From Bugula neritina (lineage: Eukaryota > Animalia > Bryozoa): 64,000 bases of DNA. The DNA lies in assembly GCA_964035545.1 (NCBI GenBank), contig CAXIUT010000230.1, forward strand, positions 124,001 through 188,000. The letters are read 5' to 3'. Of this stretch, positions 15,701 to 33,400 are shown one piece after another. Made by a program: the position numbers and the translations under genes. The notes below the pieces were generated by a model. It was not told the origin of the DNA and made no database searches. It worked only from the letters and a program-made list of their open reading frames with translations. Every line of letters starts with the position of its first letter. The stretch's first letter is position 1.

Positions 15701-18700
15701 CAACATACTGCAACATACTAAAATATACTGCAACATATTGAAATACACTGCTAAATACTGAAATACACCGTAACATACTGAAATACACTGCAAAATACTA
15801 CAACATATTGAAATACACTGCAATACATTGAAATATACTGCAACATACCTAAATATACGGTAATATACTGAAATATACTGTAACAAATTGAAAAATACTA
15901 CAAAATACTGAAATACACTGCAACATACTACAACATACTGAAATACGCTGTAATACATTGAAATACACTGCAACACATTGAAATATACTGTAACGCGCTG
16001 AAACATACTGTAACTCACTGAAATATAGTGTAATGTACGGAAATGTACTGTAAAATACTGGAATATACTGTAACATACTGAAATATACTGCAACATACTG
16101 AAATACACTGTAACATACTGAATTATACTGCAACATCCTGCAACATACTGAAATACACTGTAACATACTGAAATACACTGCAACACACTGCAACATACTG
16201 CAACATACTAAAATATACTGCAACATACTGAAATACACTGCAACATACTGAAATACACTGCAAAATACTGAAATACACTGTAACATTCTGAAATATACTG
16301 CAACATACTGAAATACACTGCTACATACTGAAATATACTGCAACACACTGCAACATACTGCAACATACTAAAATACACTGTAACATAATGAAATACACTG
16401 CAACACATTGAAATATACTGCATGCAAAATACTGAAATACACTGCTACATACTGAAATATACTGCAACACACTGCAACATACTGCAACATACTAAAATAT
16501 ACTGCAACATACTGAAATACACTGCAAAATACTGAAATACACTGTAACATACTGAAATATACTGCAACACACTGCAACATACTGCAACATACTAAAATAC
16601 ACTGTAACATATTGAAATACACTGCAACACAGTGAAATATACTGCAATGTACCGAAATATATGGTGAACTGCTGAAATATACTGTCACACATTGAAAAAT
16701 ACTGCAACATACTGAAATATACTGCGACACATTGCAATATACTGTAACATACTGAAATATGCTGTAGCACACTGAAACACACTGCAACTCACTGAAATAT
16801 ACTGCAACATACTGAAATACACTGTAACATATTGAAATATACTGCAACATACTGAAATACAGTGCTACATACTGAAAAATACTGCAACATACTGCAACAT
16901 ACTGAAATACACTGTAACATACTGAAATACACTGCAACATACTACAACATATTGAAAGACACTGCAACACATTGAAATATACTGCAACATACCTAAATAT
17001 ACGGTAATATACAGAAATATACTGTAACACATTGAAAAACACTGCAACATACTGAAATACACTGCAACACACTGAAATACACCGCAAAATACTACAACAT
17101 ACTGAAATGCACTGTAACATATTGAAATACACTGCAACACATTGAAATATACTGCAATGTGCCGAAATATATGGTAAACTACAGAAATATACTGACACAC
17201 ATCGCAATATACTGTAACATACTGAAATATGCTGTAGCACACCGAAATACACTGCAACTCACTGAAATATACTGCAACATACTGAAATACACTGTAACAT
17301 ATTGAAATATACTGCAACATACTGCAACATACTGAAATACGTTGCAACACACTGAAATACACTGCAAAACACTGTAACACACTGAAATATACTGCAATGT
17401 ACCGAAATATATGGTGAACTACTGAAATATACTGTCACACATTGAAAAATACTGCAACATACTGAAATATACTGCGACACATTGCAATATACTGTAACAT
17501 ACTGACATATGCTGTAGCACACTGAAATACACTGCAACTCACTGAAATATACTGCAACATACTGAAATACACTTCAACACATTGATATATACTGCAACAT
17601 ACGGAAATACAGTGCTACATACTGAAATATACTGCAACATACTGCAACATAGTGAAATACACTGTAACATACTGAAATACACTGCAACATACTGCAACAT
17701 ACTGAAATACACTGCAACACACTGAAATACACTGCAAAATACTGTAACACACTGAAATATACTGCAATACACTGCAACATACCGCAACATACTAAAATAT
17801 ACTGCAACATACTGAAATACACTGCAAAATACTGAAATACACTTTAACATACTGAAATATACTGCAACATACTGAAATACACTGCTACATACTGAAATAT
17901 ACTGCAACACACTGCAACATACTGCAACATACTAAAATACACTGTAACATATTGAAATACACTGCAACACATTGAAATATACTGCAAAATACTGAAATAC
18001 ACTGCTACATACTGAAATATACTGCGACACACTGCAACATACTGCAACATACTAAAATATACTGCAACATACTGAAATACACTGCTAAATACTGAAATAC
18101 ACTGTAACATACTGAAACACACTGCAAAATACTACAACATATTGAAATACACTGCAATACATTGAAATATACTGCAACATACCTAAATATACGGTAATAT
18201 ACTGAAATATACTGTAACACATTGAAAAACACTACAAAATACTGAAATACACTGCAACATACTACAACATACTGAAATACGCTGTAATACATTGAAATAC
18301 ACTGCAACACCTTGAAATATTCTGTAACTCGCTGAAACATACTGTAACTCACTGAAATATAGTGTAATATATGGAAATGTACTGTAAAATACTGGAATAT
18401 ACTGTAACACACTGAAATATACTGCAACATACTGAAATACACTGTAACATACTGAATTATACTGCAACATCCTGCAACATACTGAAATACACTGTAACAT
18501 ACTGAAATACACTGCAACACACTGCAACATACTGCAACATACTAAACTATACTGCAACATACTGAAATACACTGCAAAACACTGAAATACACTGTAACAC
18601 ACTGAAATATACTGCAACATACTGCAACATACTAAAATATGCTGCAACATACTGAAATACACTGCAAAATACTGAAATACACTATAACATACTGAAATAT

Positions 18701-21700
18701 ACTGCAACACACTGCAACATACCGCAACATGCTAAAATATACTGCAACATACTGAAATACACTGCAAAATACTGAAATACACTGTAACATACTGAAATAT
18801 ACTGCAACATACTGAAATACACTGCTACATACTGAAATATACAGCAACACACTGCAACATACTGCAACATACTAAAATACACTGCAACATAATGAAATAC
18901 ACTGCAACACATTGAAATATACTGCATGCAAAATACTGAAATACACTGCTACATACTGAAATATACTGCAACACACTGCAACATACTGCAACATACTAAA
19001 ATATACTGCAACATACTGAAATACACTGCAAAATACTGAAATACACTGTAACATACTGAAATATACTGCAACACACTGCAACATACTGCAACATACTAAA
19101 ATACACTGTAACATATTGAAATACACTGCAACACAGTGAAATATACTGCAATGTACCGAAATATATGGTGAACTGCTGAAATATACTGTCACACATTGAA
19201 AAATACTGCAACATACTGAAATATACTGTAACATACTGAAATACGCTGTAGCACACTGAAATACACTGCAACTCACTGAAATATACTGCAACATACTGAA
19301 ATACAATGTAACATATTGAAAAATACTGCAGCATAGTGCAACATACTGAAATACACTGTAACATACTGAAATACACTGCAAAATACTACAACATATTGAA
19401 ATACACTGCAACACATTGAAATATACTGCAACATACCTAAATATACGGTAAGATACTGAAATAAACTGTAACACATTGAAAAATACTGCAACATACTGAA
19501 AGATACTGCAAGATACTGCAACATACTGAACTACACTGTAACATAATGAAACACACTGCAACATACTGTATTATACTGACATGCACTGGAACATATTGAA
19601 ATACACTGCAACAAATTGAAGTATACTGCAACACACTGAAACATACGGCAACATACTGAAATATACTGCAACAGATTGATATATACAGCAACATACTGAA
19701 ATATACTGCGAAACAATGCAATATACTGTAACATACTGAAATATGCTGTAGCACACTGAAATACACTGCAACTCACTGAAATATCCCGCAACATACTGAA
19801 ATACACTGTAACATATTGAAATATACTGCAACATACTGCAACATACTGAAATACACTGGAACATATTGAAATACACTGCAACAAATTGAAGTATACTGCA
19901 ACACACTGAAACACACTGAAATACACCGCAAAACACTACAACATACTGAAACATATTGCAACATACTGAAATACACTACTACATACTGAAATTTACTGCA
20001 ACATACTGCACCATACTGAAATACACTGTAACATACTAGAATACACTGCAACATACTACAACATATTGAAATACACTGCAACACATTGAAATATACTGCA
20101 ACATACCTAAATATACGTTAATATACTGAAATATACTGTAACACATTGAAAAACACTGCAACATACTGAAATACACTGCAACACACTAAAATACACCGCC
20201 AAATACTACAACATACTGAAATGCACTGTAACATATTGAAATACACTGCAACACATTGAAATATACTGTAACATACCTAAATATACGGTAATATACCAAA
20301 ATATACTGTAACACATTTAAAAATACTGCAACATACTGAAATACACTGCAACACACTGAAATACACTGCAAAATACTGTAACACACTGAAATATACTGCA
20401 ATACACTGCAACATACTGCAACATACTAAAATATACTGCAACATACTGAAATACACTGCAAAATACTGAAATACACTTTAACATACTGAAATATACTGCA
20501 ACATACTGAAATACACTGCTACATACTGAAATATACACAACACACTGCAACATTGTGCAACATACTAAAATACACTGTAACATATTGAAATACACTGCAA
20601 CACATTGAAATATACTGCAAAATACTGAAATACACTGCTACATACTGAAATATACTGCGACACACTGCAACATACTGCAACATACTAAAATATTCTGCAA
20701 CATACTGAAATACACTGTAACATACTGAAATATACTGCAACATACTGAAATACATTGCTACACATTGAAATATACTGCAATGTACCGAAATATATGGTAA
20801 ACTACTGAAATATACTGTCACACATTGAAAAATACTGCAAAATACTGAAATACACTGCTACATACTGAAATATACTGCGACACACTGCAACATACTGCAA
20901 CATACTAAAATATTCTGCAACATACTGAAATACACTGCAACATACTAAAATACACTGTAACATATTGAAATACACTGCAACACATTGAAATATACTGCAA
21001 TGTACCGAAATATATGGTAAACTACTGAAATATACTGTCACACATTGAAAAATACTGCAACATACTGAAATATACTGCGACACATTGCAATATACTGTAA
21101 CATACTGAAATATGCTGTAGCACACTGAAATACACTGCAACTCACTGAAATATACTGCAACATACTGAAATACAGTGCTACATACTAAAATATACTGCAA
21201 CATACTGCAACATAGTGAAATACACTGTAACATACTGAAATACACTGCAACATACTACAACATACTGAAATACACTGCAACACATTGAAATATACTGTAA
21301 CATACCTAAATATACGGTAATATACCAAAATATACTGTAACACATTTAAAAAAACTGCAACATACTGAAATACACTGCAACACACTGAAATACACTGCAA
21401 AATACTGTAACACACTGAAATATACTGCAATATACTGAAATACACTGCAAAATACTGAAATACACTTTAACATACTGAAATTTACTGCAACATACTGAAA
21501 TACACTGCTACATACTGAAATATACTGCAACACACTGCAACATACTGCAACATACTAAAATACACTGTAACATATTGAAATACATTGCAACACATTGAAA
21601 TATACTGCAAAATACTGAAATACACTGCTACATACTGAAATATACTGCGACACACTGCAACATACTGCAACATACTAAAATATACTGCAACATATTGAAA

Positions 21701-22249
21701 TACACTGCTAAATACTGAAATACACCGTAACATACTGAAATACACTGCAAAATACTACAACATATTGAAATACACTGCAATACATTGAAATATACTGCAA
21801 CATACCTAAATATACGGTAATATACTGAAATATACTGTAACACATTGAAAAATACTACAAAATACTGAAATACACTGCAATATACTACAACATACTGAAA
21901 TACGCTGTAATACATTGAAATACACTGCAACACATTGAAATATACTGTAACGCGCTGAAACAAACCGTAACTCACTGAAATATAGTGTAATATACGGAAA
22001 TGTACTGTAAAATACTGGAATATACTGTAACACACTGAAATATACTGCAACATACTGAAATACACTGTAACATACTGAATTATACTGCAACATCCTGCAA
22101 CATACTGAAATACACTGTAACATACTGAAATACACTGCAACACACTGCAACATACTGCAACATACTAAAATATACTGCAACATACTGAAATACACTGTAA
22201 CATACTGAATTATACTGCAACATCCTGCAACATACTGAAATACACTTTA

Positions 22250-25200
22250 ACATACTGAAATATACTGCAACATACTGAAATACACTGCTACATACTGAAA
22301 TATACTGCAACACACTGCAACATACTGCAACATACTAAAATACACTGTAACATATTGAAATACACTGCAACACATTGAAATATACTGCAAAATACTGAAA
22401 TACACTGCTACATACTGAAATATACTGCGACACACTGCAACATACTGCAACATACTAAAATATACTGCAACATACTGAAATACACTGCAAAATACTGAAA
22501 TATACTGCAACATACTGAAATACACTGCAAAATACTGAAATACACTGTAACATTCTGAAATATACTGCAACATACTGAAATACACTGCTACATACTGAAA
22601 TATACTGCAACACACTGCAACATACTGCAACATACTAAAACACACTGTAACATAATGAAATACACTGCAACACATTGAAATATACTGCATGCAAAATACT
22701 GAAATACACTGCTACATACTGAAATATACTGCAACACACTGCAACATACTGCAACATACTAAAATATACTGCAACATACTGAAATACACTGCAAAATACT
22801 GAAATACACTGTAACATACTGAAATATACTGCAACACACTGCAACATACTGCAACATACTAAAATACACTGTAACATATTGAAATACACTGCAACGCAGT
22901 GAAATATACTGCAATGTACCGAAATATATGGTGAACTGCTGAAATATACTGTCACACATTGAAAAATACTGCAACATACTGAAATATACTGCGACACATT
23001 GCAATATACTGTAACATACTGAAATATGCTGTAGCACACTGAAACACACTGCAACTCACTGAAATATACTGCAACATACTGAAATACACTGTAACATATT
23101 GAAATATACTGCAACATACTGAAATACAGTGCTACATACTGAAATATACTGCAACATACTGCAACATACTGAAATACACTGTAACATACTGAAATACACT
23201 GCAACATACTACAACATATTGAAAGACACTGCAACACATTGAAATATACTGCAACATACCTAAATATACGGTAATATACAGAAATATACCGTAACACATT
23301 GAAAAACACTGCAACATACTGAAATACACTGCAACACACTGAAATACACCGCAAAATACTACAACATACTGAAATGCACTGTAACATATTGAAATACACT
23401 GCAACACATTGAAATATACTGCAATGTACCGAAATATATGGTAAACTACAGAAATATACTGACACACATCGCAATATACTGTAACATACTGAAATATGCT
23501 GTAGCACACTGAAATACACTGCAACTCACTGAAATATACTGCAACATACTGAAATACACTGTAACATATTGAAATATACTGCAACATACTGCAACATACT
23601 GAAATACATTGCAACACACTGAAATACACTGCAAAACACTGTAACACACTGAAATATACTGCAATGTACCGAAATATATGGTAAACTACTGAAATATACT
23701 GTCACACATTGAAAAATACTGCAACATACTGAAATATACTGCGACACATTGCAATATACTGTAACATACTGACATATGCTGTAGCACACTGAAATACACT
23801 GCAACTCACTGAAATATACTGCAACATACTGAAATACACTTCAACACATTGAAATATACTGCAACATACTGAAATACAGTGCTACATACTGAAATATACT
23901 GCAACATACTGCAACATAGTGAAATACACTGTAACATACTGAAATACACTGCAACATACTGCAACATACTGAAATACACTGCAACACACTGAAATACACT
24001 GCAAAATACTGTAACACACTGAAATATACTGCAATACACTGCAACATACCGCAACATACTAAAATATACTGCAACATACTGAAATACACTGCAAAATACT
24101 GAAATACACTTTAACATACTGAAATATACTGCAACATACTGAAATACGCTGCTACATACTGAAATATACTGCAACACATTGCAACATACTGCAACATACT
24201 AAAATACACTGTAACATATTGAAATACACTGCAACACATTGAAATATACTGCAAAATACTGAAATACACTGCTACATACTGAAATATACTGCGACACACT
24301 GCAACATACTGCAACATACTAAAATATACTGCCACATACTGAAATACACTGCTAAATACTGAAATACACTGTAACATACTGAAACACACTGCAAAATACT
24401 ACAACATATTGAAATACACTGCAATACATTGAAATATACTGCAACATACCTAAATATACGGTAATATACTGAAATATACTGTAACACATTGAAAAATACT
24501 ACAAAATACTGAAATACACTGCAACATACTACAACATACTGAAATACGCTGTAATACATTGAAATACACTGCAACACCTTGAAATATACTGTAACTCGCT
24601 GAAACATACTGTAACTCACTGAAATATAGTGTAATATACGGAAATGTACTGTAAATTACTGGAATATACTGTAACACACTGAAATATACTGCAACATACT
24701 GAAATACACTGTAACATACTGAATTATACTGCAACATCCTGCAACATACTGAAATACACTGTAACATACTGAAATACACTGCAACACACTGCAACATACT
24801 GCAACATACTAAAATATACTGCAACATACTGAAATACACTGCAAAATACTGAAATACACTGTAACACACTGAAATATACTGCAACATACTGAAATACACT
24901 GTAACATACTGAATTATACTGCAACATCCTGCAACATACTGAAATACACTTTAACATACTGAAATATACTGCAACATACTGAAATACACTGCTACATACT
25001 GAAATATACTGCAACACACTGCAACATACTGCAACATACTAAAATACACTGTAACATATTGAAATACACTGCAACACATTGAAATATACTGCAAAATACT
25101 GAAATACACTGCTACATACTGAAATATACTGCGACACACTGCAACATACTGCAACATACTAAAATATACTTCAACATACTGAAATACACTGCAAAATACT

Positions 25201-28200
25201 GAAATATACTGCAACATACTGAAATACACTGCAAAATACTGAAATACACTGTAACATTCTGAAATATACTGCAACATACTGAAATACACTGCTACATACT
25301 GAAATATACTGCAACACACTGCAACATACTGCAACATACTAAAACACACTGTAACATGATGAAATACACTGCAACACATTGAAATATACTGCATGCAAAA
25401 TACTGAAATACACTGTTACATACTGAAATATACTGCAACACACTGCAACATACTGCAACATACTGAAATATACTGCAACATACTGAAATACACTGCAAAA
25501 TACTGAAATACACTGTAACATACTGAAATATACTGCAACACACTGCAACATACTGCAACATACTAAAATACACTGTAACATATTGAAATACACTGCAACA
25601 CAGTGAAATATACTGCAATGTACCGAAATATATGGTGAACTGCTGAAATATACTGTCACACATTGAAAAATACTGCAACATACTGAAATATACTGCGACA
25701 CATTGCAATATACTGTAACATACTGAAATATGCTGTAGCACACTGAAACACACTGCAACTCACTGAAATATACTGCAACATACTGAAATACACTGTAACA
25801 TATTGAAATATACTGCAACATACTGAAATACAGTGCTACATACTGAAATATACTGCAACATACTGCAACATACTGAAATACACTGTAACATACTGAAATA
25901 CACTGCAACATACTACAACATATTGAAAGACACTGCAACACATTGAAATATACTGCAACATACCTAAATATACGGTAATATACAGAAATATACTGTAACA
26001 CATTGAAAAACACTGCAACATACTGAAATACACTGCAACACACTGAAATACACCGCAAAATACTACAACATACTGAAATGCACTGTAACATATTGAAATA
26101 CACTGCAACACATTGAAATATACTGCAATGTACCGAAATATATGGTAAACTACAGAAATATACTGACACACATCGCAATATACTGTAACATAATGAAATA
26201 TGCTGTAGCACACTGAAATACACTGCAACTCACTGAAATATACTGCAACATACTGAAATACACTGTAACATAATGAAATATACTGCAACATACTGCAACA
26301 TACTGAAATACATTGCAACACACTGAAGTACACTGCAAAACACTGTAACACACTGAAATATACTGCAATGTACCGAAATATATGGTAAACTACTGAAATA
26401 TACTGTCACACATTGAAAAATACTGCAACATACTGAAATATACTGCGACACATTGCAATATACTGTAACATACTGACATATGCTGTAGCACACTGAAATA
26501 CACTGCAACTCACTGAAATATACTGCAACATACTGAAATACACTTCAACACATTGAAATATACTGCAACATACTGAAATACAGTGCTACATACTGAAATA
26601 TACTGCAACATACTGCAACATAGTGAAATACACTGTAACATACTGAAATACACTGCAACATACTGCAACATACTGAAATACACTGCAACACACTGAAATA
26701 CACTGCAAAATACTGTAACACACTGAAATATACTGCAATACACTGCAACATACCGCAACATACTAAAATATACTGCAACATACTGAAATACACTTTAACA
26801 TACTGAAATATACTGCAACATACTGAAATACGCTGCTACATACTGAAATATACTGCAACACACTGCAACATACTGCAACATACTAAAATATACTGCAACA
26901 TACTGAAATACACTGCTAAATACTGAAATACACTGTAACATACTGAAACACACTGCAAAATACTACAACATATTGAAATACACTGCAATACATTGAAATA
27001 TACTGCAACATACCTAAATATACGGTAATATACTGAAATATACTGTAACACATTGAAAAATACTACAAAATACTGAAATACACTGCAACATACTACAACA
27101 TACTGAAATACGCTGTAATACATTGAAATACACTGCAACACCTTGAAATATACTGTAACTCGCTGAAACATACTGTAACTCACTGAAATATAGTGTAATA
27201 TACGGAAATGTACTGTAAAATACTGGAATATACTGTAACACACTGAAATATACTGCAACATACTGAAATACACTGTAACATACTGAATTATACTGCAACA
27301 TCCTGCAACATACTGAAATACACTGTAACATACTGAAATACACTGCAACACACTGCAACATACTGCAACATACTAAAATATACTGCAACATACTGAAATA
27401 CACTGCAAAATACTGAAATACACTGTAACACAGTGAAATATACTGCAACATACTGCAACATACTAAAAGATGCTGCAACATACTGAAATACACTGCAAAA
27501 TACTGAAATACACTATAAAATACTGAAATATACTGCAACACACTGCAACATACCGCAACATGCTAAAATATACTGCAACATACTGAAATACACTGCAAAA
27601 TACTGAAATACACTGTAACATACTGAAATATACTGCAACATACTGAAATACACTGCTACATACTGAAATATACTGCAACACACTGCAACATACTGCAACA
27701 TACTAAAATACACTGCAACATAATGAAATACACTGCAACACATTGAAATATACTGCATGCAAAATACTGAAATACACTGCTACATACTGAAATATACTGC
27801 AACACACTGCAACATACTGCAACATACTAAAATATACTGCAACATACTGAAATACACTGCAAAATACTGAAATACACTGTAACATACTGAAATATACTGC
27901 AACACACTGCAACATACTGCAACATACTAAAATACACTGTAACATATTGAAATACACTGCAACACAGTGAAATATACTGCAATGTACCGAAATATATGGT
28001 GAACTGCTGAAATATACTGTCACACATTGAAAAATACTGCAACATACTGAAATACACTGCTAAATACTGAAATACACTGTAACATACTGAAACACACTGC
28101 AAAATACTACAACATATTGAAATATACTGCAATACATTGAAATATACTGCAACATACCTAAATATACGGTAATATACTGAAATATACTGTAACACATTGA

Positions 28201-30450
28201 AAAATACTACAAAATACTGAAATACACTGCAACATACTACAACATACTGAAATACGCTGTAATACATTGAAATACACTGCAACACCTTGAAATATACTGT
28301 AACTCGCTGAAACATACTGTAACTCACTGAAATATAGTGTAATATACGGAAATGTACTGTAAATTACTGGAATATACTGTAACACACTGAAATATACTGC
28401 AACATACTGAAATACACTGTAACATACTGAATTATACTGCAACATCCTGCAACATACTGAAATACACTGTAACATACTGAAATACACTGCAACACACTGC
28501 AACATACTGCAACATACTAAAATATACTGCAACATACTGAAATACACTGCAAAATACTGAAATACACTGTAACACACTGAAATATACTGCAACATACTGA
28601 AATACACTGTAACATACTGAATTATACTGCAACATCCTGCAACATACTGAAATACACTTTAACATACTGAAATATACTGCAACATACTGAAATACACTGC
28701 TACATACTGAAATATACTGCAACACACTGCAACATACTGCAACATACTAAAATACACTGTAACATATTGAAATACACTGCAACACATTGAAATATACTGC
28801 AAAATACTGAAATACACTGCTACATACTGAAATATACTGCGACACACTGCAACATACTGCAACATACTAAAATATACTTCAACATACTGAAATACACTGC
28901 AAAATACTGAAATATACTGCAACATACTGAAATACACTGCAAAATACTGAAATACACCGTAACATTCTGAAATATACTGCAACATACTGAAATACACTGC
29001 TACATACTGAAATATACTGCAACACACTGCAACATACTGCAACATACTAAAACACACTGTAACATAATGAAATACACTGCAACACATTGAAATATACTGC
29101 ATGCAAAATACTGAAATACACTGTTACATACTGAAATATACTGCAACACACTGCAACATACTGCAACATACTGAAATATACTGCAACATACTGAAATACA
29201 CTGCAAAATACTGAAATACACTGTAACATACTGAAATATACTGCAACACACTGCAACATACTGCAACATACTAAAATACACTGTAACATATTGAAATACA
29301 CTGCAACACAGTGAAATATACTGCAATGTACCGAAATATATGGTGAACTGCTGAAATATACTGTCACACATTGAAAAATACTGCAACATACTGAAATATA
29401 CTGCGACACATTGCAATATACTGTAACATACTGAAATATGCTGTAGCACACTGAAACACACTGCAACTCACTGAAATATACTGCAACATACTGAAATACA
29501 CTGTAACATATTGAAATATACTGCAACATACTGAAATACACTGTAACATACTGAAATACACTGCAACATACTACAACATATTGAAAGACACTGCAACACA
29601 TTGAAATATACTGCAACATACCTAAATATACGGTAATATACAGAAATATACTGTAACACATTGAAAAACACTGCAACATACTGAAATACACTGCAACACA
29701 CTGAAATACACCGCAAAATACTACAACATACTGAAATGCACTGTAACATATTGAAATACACTGCAAAACATTGAAATATACTGCAATGTACCGAAATATA
29801 TGGTAAACTACAGAAATATACTGACACACATCGCAATATACTGTAACATACTGAAATATGCTGTAGCACACTGAAATACACTGCAACTCACTGAAATATA
29901 CTGCAACATACTGAAATACACTGTAACATAATGAAATATACTGCAACATACTGCAACATACTGAAATACATTGCAACACACTGAAATACACTGCAAAACA
30001 CTGTAACACACTGAAATATACTGCAATGTACCGAAATATATGGTAAACTACTGAAATATACTGTCACACATTGAAAAATACTGCAACATACTGAAATATA
30101 CTGCGACACATTGCAATATACTGTAACATACTGACATATGCTGTAGCACACTGAAATACACTGCAACTCACTGAAATATACTGCAACATACTGAAATACA
30201 CTTCAACACATTGAAATATACTGCAACATACTGAAATACAGTGCTACATACTGAAATATACTGCAACATACTGCAACATAGTGAAATACACTGTAACATA
30301 CTGAAATACACTGCAACATACTGCAACATACTGAAATACACTGCAACACACTGAAATACACTGCAAAATACTGTAACACACTGAATTATACTGCAATACA
30401 CTGCAACATACCGCAACATACTAAAATATACTGCAACATACTGAAATACA
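22250..30450 (+). repeat. Domain 2: rearranged shorter HORs with offsets 2704 and 3708 bp
   Basis: Blocks 22247/24951, 22635/25339 and 23526/26230 are offset by 2704. Blocks 24450/28158, 24951/28659 and 25292/29000 are offset by 3708. Shared private variants include GTAAATTACT (about 24651/28359) and CTGTTACATA (about 25412/29121). Confidence 0.8.
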
Positions 30451-33400
30451 CTTTAACATACTGAAATATACTGCAACATACTGAAATACGCTGCTACATA
30501 CTGAAATATACTGCAACACACTGCAACATACTGCAACATACTAAAATACACTGTAACATATTGAAATACACTGCAACACATTGAAATATACTGCAAAATA
30601 CTGAAATACACTGCTACATACTGAAATATACTGCGACACACTGCAACATACTGCAACATACTAAAATATACTGCAACATACTGAAATACACTGCTAAATA
30701 CTGAAATACACTGTAACATACTGAAACACACTGCAAAATACTACAACATATTGAAATACACTGCAATACATTGAAATATACTGCAACATACCTAAATATA
30801 CGGTAATATACTGAAATATACTGTAACACATTGAAAAATACTACAAAATACTGAAATACACTGCAACATACTACAACATACTGAAATACGCTGTAATACA
30901 TTGAAATACACTGCAACACCTTGAAATATACTGTAACTCGCTGAAACATACTGTAACTCACTGAAATATAGTGTAATATACGGAAATGTACTGTAAAATA
31001 CTGGAATATACTGTAACACACTGAAATATACTGCAACGTACTGAAATACACTGTAACATACTGAATTATACTGCAACATCCTGCAACATACTGAAATACA
31101 CTGTAACATACTGAAATACACTGCAACACACTGCAACATACTGCAACATACTAAAATATACTGCAACATACTGAAATACACTGCAAAATACTGAAATACA
31201 CTGTAACACACTGAAATATACTGCAACATACTGCAACATACTAAAATATGCTGCAACATACTGAAATACACTGCAAAACACTGAAATACACTATAAAATA
31301 CTGAAATATACTGCAACACACTGCAACATACTGCAACATGCTAAAATATACTGCAACATACTGAAATACACTGCAAAATACTGAAATACACTGTAACATA
31401 CTGAAATATACTGCAACATACTGAAATACACTGCTACATACTGAAATATACTGCAACACACTGCAACATACTGCAACATACTAAAATACACTGCAACATA
31501 ATGAAATACACTGCAACACATTGAAATATACTGCATGCAAAATACTGAAATACACTGCTACATACTGAAATATACTGCAACACACTGCAACATACTGCAA
31601 CATACTAAAATATACTGCAACATACTGAAATACACTGCAAAATACTGAAATACACTGTAACATACTGAAATATACTGCAACACACTGCAACATACTGCAA
31701 CATACTAAAATACACTGTAACATATTGAAATACACTGCAACACAGTGAAATATACTGCAATGTACCGAAATATATGGTGAACTGCTGAAATATACTGTCA
31801 CACATTGAAAAATACTGCAACATACTGAAATATACTGTAACATACTGAAATACGCTGTAGCACACTGAAATACACTGCAACTCACTGAAATATACTGCAA
31901 TATACTGAAATACACTGTAACATATTGAAAATTACTGCAGCATAGTGCAACATACTGAAATACACTGTAACATACTGAAATACACTGCAAAATACTACAA
32001 CATATTGAAATACACTGCAACACATTGAAATATACTGCAACATACCTAAATATACGGTAAGATACTGAAATAAACTGTAACACATTGAAAAATACTGCAA
32101 CATACTGAAAGATACTGCAAGATACTGCAACATACTGAACTACACTGTAACATAATGAAACACACTGCAACATACTGTATTATACTGACATGCACTGGAA
32201 CATATTGAAATACACTGCAACAAATTGAAGTATACTGCAACACACTGAAACATACGGCAACATACTGAAATATACTGCAACAGATTGATATATACAGCAA
32301 CATACTGAAATATACTGCGAAACAATGCAATATACTGTAACATACTGAAATATGCTGTAGCACACTGAAATACACTGCAACTCACTGAAATATACCGCAA
32401 CATACTGAAATACACTGTAACATATTGAAATATACTGCAACATACTGCAACATACTGAAATACACTGTAACATACTGAAATACACTGCAACACACTGCAA
32501 CATACTGCAACATACTAAAATATACTGCAACATACTGAAATACACTGCAAAATACTGAATTACACTGTAACACACTGAAATATACTGCAACATACTGAAA
32601 TACACTGTAACATACTGAATTATACTGCAACATCCTGCAACATACTGAAATACACTTTAACATACTGAAATATACTGCAACATACTGAAATACACTGCTA
32701 CATACTGAAATATACTGCAACACACTGCAACATACTGCAACATACTAAAATACACTGTAACATATTGAAATACACTGCAACACATTGAAATATACTGCAA
32801 AATACTGAAATACACTGCTACATACTGAAATATACTGCGACACACTGCAACATACTGCAACATACCAAAATATACTTCAACATACTGAAATACACTGCAA
32901 AATACTGAAATATACTGCAACATACTGAAATACACTGCAAAATACTGAAATACACTGTAACATTCTGAAATATACTGCAACATACTGAAATACACTGCTA
33001 CATACTGAAATATACTGCAACACACTGCAACATACTGCAACATACTAAAACACACTGTAACATAATGAAATACACTGCAACACATTGAAATATACTGCAT
33101 GCAAAATACTGAAATACACTGTTACATACTGAAATATACTGCAACACACTGCAACATACTGCAACATACTAAAATATACTGCAACATACTGAAATACACT
33201 GCAAAATACTGAAATACACTGTAACATACTGAAATATACTGCAACACACTGCAACATACTGCAACATACTAAAATACACTGTAACATATTGAAATACACT
33301 GCAACACAGTGAAATATACTGCAATGTACCGAAATATATGGTGAACTGCTGAAATATACTGTCACACATTGAAAAATACTGCAACATACTGAAATATACT

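Larger units (their letters stand above)
1..24900 (+). repeat. Domain 1: about 6-7 kb higher-order repeat, roughly 4 copies (offsets 7072/7132, 6068/6128, 7008/7007, 6267)
   Basis: Matching variant blocks: 4463/10531/17539/23806; 6361/12429/19437; 1421/8493/14621/21628; 9360/16368/22635. Offsets differ because of internal gains and losses of whole monomer blocks. Confidence 0.88.
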
